Assembly (NCBI GenBank): GCA_028023455.1
Contig: JAQFVV010000003.1
Coordinates: forward strand, 10,788,001-10,852,000
Reading direction: 5' to 3'
DNA: 64,000 nt
DNA from: Epiperipatus broadwayi
Taxonomy: Eukaryota; Animalia; Onychophora
Made by a program: the position numbers and the translations under genes. A model generated the notes under the pieces. The model searched no databases. It was not told the DNA's origin and saw only the letters and a program-made list of their open reading frames with translations. Shown here piece after piece: positions 53,140 through 64,000 of the stretch. How positions within the stretch are numbered: the first letter of the stretch is position 1; each line of letters opens with the position of its first letter.

Positions 53140-54960
53140 GTTACATTTGCATTTTACTTTTTTGTTTATTGTTTTCCAGGAATATTTTTTATATTCCTTT
53201 GATTTTATATTTTTGGTGAATTCAACCTGACCAACTGATTTTTTACTCTGTGATAGGTAGCACATACGAAAGGTAATGTTTTTGTGAACTCTCTAGCTTT
53301 TACCCCCTGTTCTTACATACATTAATATTATATATATATATATTTGAAAATGAAGTTAAGGAGTAAATAAGCTCAATAATTTATTAGAGTTAAAACTTGA
53401 TCCTCCCTATAAATTCTACTCATCAACTTTAAAGACAAAAAAAAAAAAGGTTAAACATTTGTTTATTAAAGAGATAAAGACAATTATTAACAACAGTCTT
53501 GACGCTCTGCACCCAATAACTAGTTTCCTATCACACTTAAACCACTTATATATATATGGTGATTTTTAAATTTATTTCCAAATACTTAATAAAAGGTTTA
53601 TTTTTCGAAAAAAAAAAAAAAGAAGAGAAAATTATGTAAGTACAGTATATCCGTACTTCTTTATTCTTTTAATGCTTTAAACATGGTAAGAAGTTTTTTT
53701 TCGTGTGTGATGTAATTTCAACTAATAATTCATTTAATTACACTTATCCCAATTTAGTTTTTAAAAAAAATCATTAAAAAAACATTGTTTTGCTTTCAAC
53801 TAAAAATTTATTTGATTATACTTCTACCAATTTAGCTTAAAAAAGAAAATTATTAAAGAAACATTGTTTTGCTTAAATTTGTTTAGCAAATGAAGGATAA
53901 CTTTTTTTAAAATTAAACTTTTTATTTGCACGGGTTTGATCTTGCAGTTTTAAAGGTAAACGTTTGTTTTTAGATGACTTTTTGTTTTTACTATAAATTC
54001 TAATGTACACACCACTCTCGTAAATTTAAAAATCACTTTGACATTTTTTGTGTGAGGAGGAATATTTTTTAAGCTTATGCAATGCAATATGATTTTTTGT
54101 AAGCTTTCTGGCCCATGAAGTTTCTATTTAGTGAAGAAGAAAGAGATTTTATCATTACAGTTGACTAATCGTGAACATATGAAAACATAAATAATAAAAA
54201 TATAAAGAATGAAAACCTTCTATAATTTTACGATGTTTCATTAATGAGATGAAAGCGAATTATATTTATTTAATCATTTTTATATATCCCGATTACAAAA
54301 ATTCCAATAATTGTGTAGGAAGATTTTGAAATTGTGTCAGTATATAAGGACAACACTGTAGTAAATAATCGTAGATTTTTAATAGAAAGGATTATTTAAT
54401 AAAATGAATGATTAGTTTCAAATTTAAATTCAAACTTTATAACTGCTGAGGAATTGTTTTTTATAGTTAGATAACAAATAATACAGGTTTTATTTCTGAT
54501 GAAAATGAAAAACAAAGATCTTGTCCGAACACAATCAGCTGATTATTTGAATATCTATTATACTGAATGTATTAATCAATCTCAGTGTTTTAACTATTTT
54601 ATTTAACCTTTAATAGCCTTTCTCTTTCTCCCGCTCTCGCTCTTTTTTAAAATAAACAATTTTGTAAAAAAAAAATATTTACTGTTTTTGATAACAGTAA
54701 GGTGCAGCACTGTTTAATGGATGATATTTTAATGAAAAAGTAAAGCACGAGATGATAGAAGATAACAATTAAGAATCTGATGGGAATAAAATTTCTTGTT
54801 TTTTTTTTTTTTTTACAATTATGCCTAAATTTTAAAATAGTATATCTACATGTAAATATGTTTATATGTACAAATATATATATGTATATAGAAGAGTACA
54901 CTATTCTAACTCCGGAACATAAAAAAAGAGAAAAAGACGAATAAAAGGTTAATAAATAAA

Positions 54961-55128
54961 TAATGAATGAATGAAAGAAAGAAAAAAAAAAGAAAGAAAG
55001 GAAGAAAGAAAGAAGCAAAGAAAGAAAGAAGCAAAGAAAGAAAGAAGGAAGGAAGGAAAGAAAGAAGGAAAGAAAGAAAGGAAGGAAGGAAAGAAAGAAA
55101 GGAAGGAAGGAAGGAAGGAAGGAAAAAA
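54961..55128. repeat. Purine-rich (GAAA/GAAG)n simple repeat
   Basis: Read directly from the sequence. Confidence 0.95.
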
Positions 55129-55744
55129 GATTGGAGAATAAAAGATTGAAAAAATAGAAAAGTATTAGCACAGACACACAATTTCAATGTCATAATCAGT
55201 ATAGAGAGATGATAAATGACATGAAAGGCCCATAATGTAAGTAATTAAAGAAATAATATAAAAACTAATAATAATAATCATGTGGGATAAAATAAAAATT
55301 AAAAAAATAATTTTTGAAATGAATCTTATTAAAATGATTATACATCAAAATCCAATATTGGTTGATTTATACATATTCAACTTTTTTAGCTGTTATTTGA
55401 AGTAAGTTTCAAAACAAACTAAAGCAGTTAGGTTAATGTCAATACATTGATCATAAAAATCTATAAACATGATGTACATGTGTTGCTGTCATCTTTATTA
55501 TTAAAGAAAGAGTATCTTACTCTTATCTTTGTGATCCTGAGCCTATGGATTATTTTAATCTAAAACAGTTTATACAGCCAGCCATCCCTTTATAAGTGAT
55601 TTCCATGTCTGCAATTTAAATTATCATATTAAAAATAATATATATATTTTTCTATATTTTATTTTTTTTAGTTTACAGACTATATAGCATACATATACAC
55701 ACATCTATATACATGCATTCAAAATATGTGTACAAGATGTCATA

Positions 55745-56600
55745 ATCAACATCTTCTGCTGTTACTGATTCTGTACAGAATAAAGGTATCACCAAGTTCA
55801 ATCCATTTTCTCCAATCTCTAATTCTTTGCTCCATATCTCAACAGAAAATTTCCTTATTTCATCTATCCATTTAACATATAGTTTCGTTTTTGTGTGTCT
55901 TTTACAATCTCTTGGAATCCAATTTAATACTTCAATTGTCCATCTAGTATCATCTCTTCTAGCAATATATCCATCCCAATTCCACATCAGTATTGTTCTC
56001 TCATGCATATATTTTAATCTCTTTTTGTTATTCCTAACATTTTCATTTAGCATTTTTCTCAAAGAAACAATTATATCATACAGGGTTTTTTCCCCCAGCA
56101 AACTTCTCAAATCTGTATCTTCTCTTATTTACCACCATATTCAAATTTGACCACAGCATTTTCAACTTTAAAACATTTTCCACTTCTAGCATTATAAACT
56201 CTCCCATAATAATTTAAAAATACTGTTTGGTTTTATCAAAAACATTTTGTATGTTTTTGTATATATGTATATCCTCTACTACTGTATAATAAAAATTTGT
56301 TGAGACATAAACCTGAATTATCTTTATTTGATATCTTCCATTAATTTGAATAACTAATATTAAAATACTGCTTGATTCATAATCAATTTTCACAATTTAG
56401 TTGTTTGTTTTTTTTATAATGAATCTGGCTCCACTTGGTCTTCCAATATTTGTGCCTTTGTAGTAAAGTATAAATTATATTTCTCTTCAACTTTTTTTCT
56501 AACTTCACAAGTCTATCAATGTCCATTTAACAATAAACAATTATTGTTCCTATATATGCAATTTTCCTTCACTTGAAAGTGAACTGCACTTGCATATATT
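55745..56600 (-). mobile_element. RTE-clade LINE 3' fragment
   Basis: WNWDGYIARRDDTRWTIEVLNWIPRDCKR...KWIDEIRKF; same family as 1985-2640 and 43550-44060. Confidence 0.75.
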
Positions 56601-56640
56601 TAAATAAAAGACATTATTTAATGCCAGCCTGGGTGAAAAT

Positions 56641-56700
56641 GTGAATTCTAAGCACTCTTCACTTTCAGCTGTGAATTCTTAGCACTCTTCACTTTCAGCC
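56641..56700. repeat. 30-bp tandem duplication
   Basis: gtgaattct(a/t)agcactcttcactttcagc(t/c) occurs twice. Confidence 0.9.
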
Positions 56701-58559
56701 AATCACTGCCTTGGCAGGTAGCTTTACAATCATCTGGAAATAGGGGTCATAATTTAATTTTGTCTATCATGATTATAAATATTTATAAGAAAAATATCAT
56801 TCATCCAGACTGTCATAGCATTCAAAAAACCTCAATTAATATTTCACTTAAAAATTATCAGGCAACTGAGAAGGACAATGGTGTTTCATGATCTTAAACC
56901 CAAGAGATGAAAAACTAGAAAATTTATTATGTTGGCTAGCTGCCCATGCATGCTCCTTTGCCATATGCATAATCACATAGTAATGAGAGCTGCAATGATA
57001 AGAACATATGGGGTGGACATTAGCAATATATCTTCTCATTCCCTTTAAGGTCTCAAATAGAAATAAAAAGGTCTCCTTTCAGTTAAAATCAAAATTCTTT
57101 TTGTGAATTCTATATTCAGACCCCAGTAGAGAAAAGTATAAAGAAACATGTTATTGCTGCAGTAAACATCTGCAAAAAAAATGCAAACATAAAAATAAAA
57201 CATGTAGTAGTTGTTAAAAAAAACTACTTAGCACCAATCTAGCATTTTAAGGAGCAGAGTAGACTACAATTCTGAGGAAGAGAGAAATAGGACACCATGT
57301 TGAAAAATGCATCAAAATTTATATATTGTTAACTGCATTTAATTAACATATCACAGACATGAATCTAGGTGAATGACATGTCTCCTGATATATAGAACAT
57401 TCTCTAATTTAATTTTTCTAATGACTTTAGATACAACCACAATGATGACACTAGGGATCCATTTCTTTTTTAATAAATCTCTGACTCATACTGTTTCACC
57501 CATTACATTGTCCATAGTTTACTTTGGAATTCTCCTTATCTAAAATGTTTTTCTAATTACATTATCAATTGGCAATAGCTTTGATAGATGAGTGAAACAT
57601 TTTTGCTAAAATAAATATTCTGCCAGTATTTTTGAAGAAGACACATTTAGAGTGAAGTGTTGGTGAAACATAGCTTCTACCAAAGCTTACACAGTCTTTA
57701 GACAGAGTCTCAGTCAATCCTTTTAATTCTAGATGATAGGATGAAATCAAAATATAGTGGAGTCATTTAGCTGTCAAATATTTTTTTAAACTTTAGACAG
57801 GTAATTTCAGTTCTGTTGTCTGACACTAAAGTTTCAGGGTAAAACATTTGTAGGGCTCTGATTGTGCACTGTGCTAGTGTTTGCTATAGGTTGTACTTGA
57901 CCCACTAGAAACATGTATGAATTATCTACCAAGAATTTTTTTGAGTCTATCCAAAATTTAAATATTTTCTCAGGAAAATCCACTGAAGATGCATTTAGAA
58001 CAGTGTTTTACTGTTTGCTCCTTCTAGCCCAGATTCATTCATGTAATTTGCAATACCCTTGTAAATCAACTTTTTTTCATTTTCACAATTAGAATTCCGA
58101 AGATATCTGAACCAGTTTCTGCATAGTAAGTAGTTTATATTTCTCTTCACTGTAAATAATGGTAGCACCTTAACTCTGGCATTGAATTTATTTTTGTACA
58201 GTTTATATCTGTGTCTGGTACATATGTATTTTCCAACTTCCACTTGGGTTTTTATTTTTACTACTAATAGTCTGCCAATTTTTTAGTGACAATATTGATA
58301 TTCTTCTGCTGTGATTTTTTCAGATGGTCTCATCTAGTTTAATATGGTTATTATGAGTATCATTTATTTTGCTGATATTTTCTTTACTTATCACTTCACC
58401 TTTGCTTAATTTAAAATCCCTGCATGATTTAGTTTTTATGCTCTTACTTATTGACAGAAGACATGAACTAAATATTCTTTTATAATGCATATGTAATATT
58501 TATCTATTTTAATTGGACTTATATATTGGATTATTTCCATAATCTACTATAAGTATTGA

Positions 58560-59600
58560 ATGTCTTTAGTATATGCACAATGTTTTGAGAAGTATTAATC
58601 TCCTCTCTTCTTCAGATGAGGTTCCTCCTAATTTCTTCACTTTTTTCTAAGAGCAAAGCTGATTAGTGGTTTCCATACATTATGTATAAGTACACTTTGA
58701 CTTATTGAGTTATCCACCATTGACATGTGAGCAGCTTCTTCAATTTTTTTTCTTTGTGCCTTTTCTTCTCTATCCAATATCTTTGTATTTTCCCAACTTA
58801 AGTTCATTGGTACATTCCTCTCATCTAATCATCTGTTTGTGTTCTTGCAATTGCTTTTCAATGGGGCAACTGGCCTCACCAATATACATTTTTCCACATT
58901 CACATGCTATTTCATAGATGCAGTTTTTGTTTTTCAGCATTTCAAGTTTAGACTTTGTAGATGTTAGAATTCCGTGTAGTGTGGTATGGCTCTAGAAAGC
59001 TGTTCTGATGTTACACTGATTGCAGATTTTCCTTAATTTATCTTCTATTTTTAGTATGTATGGATTCACTACTATATCAATAATTGCTTTTTTAATGGTT
59101 CTTTTTGTTCTCTATTTAAGGCTTTCTTAATAACAGCTAATGGATAACCATTTTTATGAGTTTTTTTTTCTGTGAATTTTTTTCCCAAATCATTTGTTTC
59201 TGATCAAAATTCATTTTCTCTGTTCCATAACTCCATGTTTTGTGTTTCTGGTGAGAGTAAATGTATATACTAAGTATTTTCCTGTACATATGAGTTTTTC
59301 TGTAAAATATAGTTTTGATTTTGCCATGAGGAAGTCTCAAGAACATCTAAGAATGCCAATTTTTGTTCTTGTTCTGATTCTATTGTGAATTTAATTGAAG
59401 GAGATATGTTGTGGGGTTCCAGAAAGTTTGTAATAGTGTTCCACCATGTGGCCATACAATAAATGTATCATCAACATAGCAAAGCCAAACTTTAGACGGA
59501 TATAAAAAAAAATCTTTTTAAATTTATAGAAAAATGAGGAAAAATGGAGAGATGGGTTTTTTTTAAAAAGGAGTTTTGTTCCAAGCAATAATTGAAAGAC
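58560..59600 (-). mobile_element. 5'-truncated Penelope-like element with degenerate HHR at its 3' end
   Basis: CYVDDTFIVWPHG, SIKFTIESEQEQKLAFLDV, IYEIACECGKMYIGE (GIY-YIG). At 58575-58615(-): CUGAAGA-A-GAGAGG...CUUCUC-AAAAC-AUU. Confidence 0.82.
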
Positions 59601-59990
59601 AAATGTGTCATAAGCAATTGAATATCAATTTATTTATTTTATTAATAAATTAATTATTAGACAGGATTATATATATTTAAAAAATATGATAGTAATTCTA
59701 ATATTTTTTTAAAAAACAGTATATAATTATTGCATTAATGTGATATATAGATATAATGAATTTTATTGTCTGCAATTATCCATACTCAACCTTAATGTCC
59801 ATGTTAAGCCTTAAGCATGAATATATTTAAACCAGATTTACATAAGTATTGATCTATACAATAACTCTAAATTCCAAAAATATTTGTTTTAACAAATATA
59901 CCCCACCCCCTTTTTGTAAATGAAATCTTTTTTATTATATCTTATCCATTTTTTTCTTGTACAAAATAATTGCCCTGGGAGGGTTTGTTG

Positions 59991-60123
59991 TCGTCATCGT
60001 CATCGTAGTAGTAGTAGCAGTAGCAGCAGCAGTAGCAGTAGCAGTAGTAGTAGCAGCAGCAGCAGTAGCAGTAGCAGCAGCAGTAGTAGTAGTAGTAGTA
60101 GTAGTAGTAGTTGTTGTTGTTGT
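59991..60123. repeat. (AGT/AGC)n trinucleotide microsatellite
   Basis: Read directly from the sequence. Confidence 0.95.
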
Positions 60124-60205
60124 TCAATTATTATTATTTCAATATGCACTCTAGAAAATTAGCAAATGAATTAATAAAATGAATAATAAATATTGATATA
60201 GTCAA

Positions 60206-60260
60206 GGGTTGGTGGCCTGGTGGTTAGGGTAGCTGCCTTCCATGCAGTTGGCCCGGGTTC
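60206..60260 (+). pseudogene. 3'-truncated tRNA-Gly(TCC) pseudogene or SINE head
   Basis: GGGTTGGTGGCCTGGTGGTTAGGGTAGCTGCCTTCCATGCAGTTGGCCCGGGTTC closely follows metazoan tRNA-Gly(TCC). Anticodon TCC is at 60239-60241; the T-loop and acceptor 3' strand are lost. Confidence 0.8.
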
Positions 60261-60923
60261 ACTGGCTCATATAGGCTAACTATTCCTATTATGTAAATGA
60301 ACTGATAACAATCGATAGATTACAAGTTGAACTAGATTGAAGATCTAAAAAGAGAGAAAGCAGCATTAAACCAGAGTTGTGCATATAGATTTAAAATGCA
60401 CAAATAAGTGAAAATAGTCAACATAAATTAAAGATTGATTAAAAGTGATGTTATACATTGTCTGAGAAGTTATCTTATGTATGTGTATATAATATGAACA
60501 AATGGAAGCTCAAAGATAGACTATACTTATATATTGGTTTTGTGTATGAGGATAATTTATCCAACATATCAATTACTTATTAACCATTTTTCCATAAGTA
60601 AAGTGAACATTATTATTTTTATTTATTTTTATTTTCATTACTTCAATACAAGTAAATAAATTTATTGCTGTTTTGATGCTTATCTGGCTAGTATCATTTG
60701 AGATAATCTTGAGTACACAGCAGAATGGCATCAGTTGACAGTTAAACCTGGATGCAGGGAATGTGACAGCAGTGATGACAACAATAGTAAGATCTGTGTA
60801 TATGTACTAGCCAAGTGAAATTGTCTAAACATAAATAATGAAATTGCTGAGTCATAATATTCGTGAATTCGATGTAAATAACACAATGATATAAATTCGA
60901 TTATAACACAATGATATAGAATA

Positions 60924-62250
60924 TATTATAACGGAAAATGGTTCGTCGTACGGTTGATTAATTATTTGTACTTTCAACTATATTTATTTCAATTATTTTA
61001 TTCTATATTATACTTATTTATTATATTTTAATTCTTTTCGTAACTTATATTTTCTATCCATTTATTGTTTACAACTTAGATTCTTTATTATCTTATTCAT
61101 TATTTTAACCAACGCCATTACAATACAAGCAGAGAGCTAATACAGATACAAATTTAACTTCATATCTATATCCTTGACTGAACCCCAAGGCAATACGTAC
61201 ATATTATCTTGGCGTTATTTTTCCCAGCCAAGAATTCTCTGCTGCTAAACAGAGCAAACTATTTCAAAGAAACTTAGTGAATGTCCAGCGCTTGCTATTT
61301 ATTTTTTTTGAATTGGGATTTCGCACGAACAAGCAGCACATGAATATCTTAAACAAATCAGTATGCCCCTTTAATCACTAATTACAGTTTCCCCCCTGTC
61401 GTAGCTTGGTGATAGGAGAATAAAGCAAGGATACGAAATTTAATGACAAATATGTTTAATAAAAATATTTACACTTTATATAAAAAAATTACATTACAAT
61501 AACAATAATAAACACACACTTATAAATACATGGCTATAATAAATATATGCAAGTAGATCAGATATAAAAGTTCTTAACGTCCTGTTGATAGAGATCTATT
61601 TTTCTCAAATCATTAATTTTATATTTAGTTATAAATAGTAGACAAATGGAAATGCATGCATGCTTTTACCTAGGCTTCGTTGTAATTGTCCCATGGGTAT
61701 TTCTTCCGAGCGCTCTTGATTAACTTCCTCAAATTGTGGGGTTAATTTCATTCCAGTTTTTGCTTGTTGATTCCTTAGGTTCTCCATTAACTTCCTCCAT
61801 TTGTGGGGTTATTTTCATCCAGTTTGCTGGTTGATTCTTTAGGTTGAGTTTCATCGACAGCTACAGAAGTGGCGATCCCTCTAGCAGGTCAGGCAAAGAT
61901 CTTACATTGCGAGTCAGTGATGAGACAGCTCGAATCCGAACCTATGTCCCTTTAACGCCACTAGCCACGCACTTCTTCCATTTTCTTTTTAGCTGTTGCT
62001 TCTCTAAAGTCTCTACTAGCAATGCCAGACAAAATTGTAATTTTATTAATCTCTTTCTTTGTTCGTTGTTTTTCAAATTTTTAATTAAGACTTAGATTCC
62101 CAACCAATTCTTATCATTATGTTTCTTTATTTAATTAGTGGCTGGAATGTAAGTCCCAATTAATTTAACAGATCAGGCCAAGATCTTCCGTTAATAACAT
62201 TTCTTTGTCAGTGGAATTTAATTTGTCCAACAGACTTTCACACCTACGGC
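60924..62250 (-). mobile_element. LTR retrotransposon 3' remnant (integrase tail, PPT, 3' LTR), probably Gypsy
   Basis: AGGGGGGAAAC PPT (61397-61387) directly before TGTAAT; an LTR-like segment to about 60924 contains AATAAA. Upstream KWKKCVASGVKGT*VRI...TRNVRSL resembles a Gypsy integrase tail. A ~68-bp internal duplication lies at 61720-61850. Confidence 0.5.
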
Positions 62251-63252
62251 CATATTGTTTCTTTTTTATATATCACATATTACATTTATTTTATTTAAAG
62301 TTTACAATTCATTCATTTTTTTCACATTTACGTTTTACATTTACTTTAATTTGTTATAATATATTTTTTAAAAGAGAGAAGAAACGCATTTTTTTTATGC
62401 ATCCACTTCCCCTCTCCCACAATAAACAAAAATAACTTCTAGCATTTGACTTATAAGAGAGAAAGAGACACATTTTTTTTATTTATGCAGCCCCTTTCCC
62501 CTTCTCTTATTATTACAAAAATCCACAGTAATTTTGACATTAGAATTTCAATTTTTCTTTTCCTTCCTTTCTTTTTTTAAAAAAAATTTATTAGCTAATT
62601 TATTTCACCTTTATTACTTTCTAATTTTATTAATAAATATATATGTGTGTCGACGACTTTATGTGGTCGTCACAATATATCATGTTGAATACACTGAATT
62701 TTACATGTTTATAAATAAAGTTGATTGAAGATGATAAAGTTAAAGTGTCTACTCTTTTATATTTTGCTGGAAGTGATATTTTATTAGCAGCTAAATAACT
62801 ATTCTAAACATCCCAAAGACATTCCATATCAAGTCTAATAAAAAATCTGAATATTTATTTTCTGTCAGCTGCAGTTATGTCTAAATAGGTGTCACATCTA
62901 CATTTTCCAATGAGGAGACAGTTCATCTCATTATCAGTATCACGAATATAATTTAGCACAGCAAACACTTGCTGGTACTTAAGGATTAGCCCTGACACCA
63001 AGGCTGATTACAGATAATTCTGAACAATAAAATTCATTAGATGTATTTTTCTGAAGGTTTGTGATAATGGTATATTAGTTGTGATAATATGTTGGGACTA
63101 TTTCCATCATCTTATCAGGAAATGTTGAGTGTATAGAAAATTTTAAACTTTAAAAACTTTCAAATATAAAGCAAAAAAAATTGAAGGATTCAGGAGGATT
63201 TGAACCAACCCTCATACATAAATATATAAAATTTTTACTACCTGCTGCCCTT

Positions 63253-63330
63253 GACAGAATAGCTCAGTTGGTTAGAGTATTTGCTTCAAATTCGAGAATC
63301 TAAAAATGCTAGTTTGACTCCAATGTTAAT
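63253..63330 (+). other. tRNA-like Pol III head (SINE-like)
   Basis: Box A TAGCTCAGTTGG (63260-63271) and box B GTTTGACTCC (63312-63321). Confidence 0.6.
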
Positions 63331-63352
63331 ACTAGCACTGGTCAAACCAGCA

Positions 63353-63397
63353 ACACCTGAAGAAGAGTGGAAAATAATACTACTTGAAATATTGTGT
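63353..63397 (+). ncRNA. Minimal hammerhead ribozyme motif with intact core
   Basis: ACAC-CUGAAGA-A-GAGUGG AAAAUAAUA CUACUU-GAAA-U-AUU-GUGU: 4-bp stem I, 6-bp stem II, palindromic helix III AAUAUU. Confidence 0.68.
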
Positions 63398-63499
63398 CAT
63401 TACTAACATGTGTTGACTATATGGGTGTTATTACTAACAAGTTGTTGTGTATTGTTACCAAATAGATAAATAAGAATGAATGAACTTAGTGCTTTTAAA

Positions 63500-64000
63500 G
63501 GATCCAGTCTTCATAATCATAGCTTAACTGCTATAACAATTGCAATGCTTGTCATTCCTTTCCTTGATAAAGCATAGCATGTGTCTTTCCTGTTTATGGT
63601 GTCTTATATCTCTGGAGATGACTTTTCTTTTGAGTTCATGTATCTCTTTGCACATGATTGAGGGTTGTCTGGAATACCCTAGTGGGGGATTGTAGTCTGC
63701 TGCTGAAAAAAACTGAATAGGTGGAAGGTTGATTAAGAATTCTATTGTATGAGTATTTGTGTTGGGCCAATCATGTGAACAGATGCTCAGCTTTCCCTAT
63801 AGTATGAGCATTTACAGTTATAGTTGGAGCAAGCAATATTGTATACTGTATTAGAGGGTCTATCTTTAGGGTTGTTGATTAAGTTGTTGGAGTTTTTTTT
63901 GGGGGGGTGGAAGCAAAGCTTATATCTGTTATTGAGGATAGAATGTAATTTACCATGTAAATTGGAGATGTATGGTAGCAATAATCTAGATTTATCTTGT
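63500..64000 (-). mobile_element. Penelope-like element, GIY-YIG end (continues beyond the window)
   Basis: LPYISNLHGKL...HPPKK...NTVYNIACSNYNCKCSY, then after a frameshift IGKAEHLFT*LAQHKYSY, and KEIHELKRKVI. Confidence 0.75.

Noticed and set aside
54647-55193. Long ORFs 54647-55177, 54906-55193 and 54967-55149; likewise 59920-60162 and 13150-13371
   Set aside because: They are artefacts of stop-free microsatellites.
61868-61880. Plus-strand TGGCGATCC resembling a primer-binding site
   Set aside because: It lies within sequence better explained as a minus-strand integrase tail; the PPT and LTR polarity point to the minus strand.
654-64000. Most other short ORFs in the supplied track
   Set aside because: They have AT-rich low-complexity composition (F/I/L/K/N), no recognisable domains, or are antisense shadows of TE coding regions.

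Overview
This is AT-rich eukaryotic (invertebrate, probably arthropod-like) intronic DNA. The window lies inside a synapsin gene on the minus strand. Three coding exons are recognisable (30549-30458, 16118-15968, 5715-5626), with GT-AG junctions, compatible phases and an exon layout like vertebrate SYN exons 3-5. The rest is mostly transposon debris: a TSD-flanked L1/Tx1-type LINE, several RTE-type LINE remnants, three Penelope-like elements (PLEs; one near full length with an inverted pseudo-LTR), Gypsy LTR remnants, a solo LTR, piggyBac, MULE and Tigger remnants, and young tRNA-Gly-derived SINEs. The most notable signal is a set of minimal hammerhead-ribozyme (HHR) motifs. Two sit in the arms of a ~690-bp non-coding palindromic element, two U3-A8 variants sit in PLE pseudo-LTRs, one core-intact HHR lies directly behind a tRNA-like Pol III head, and one is degenerate. 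All calls are by eye from the sequence; boundaries of decayed elements are approximate.
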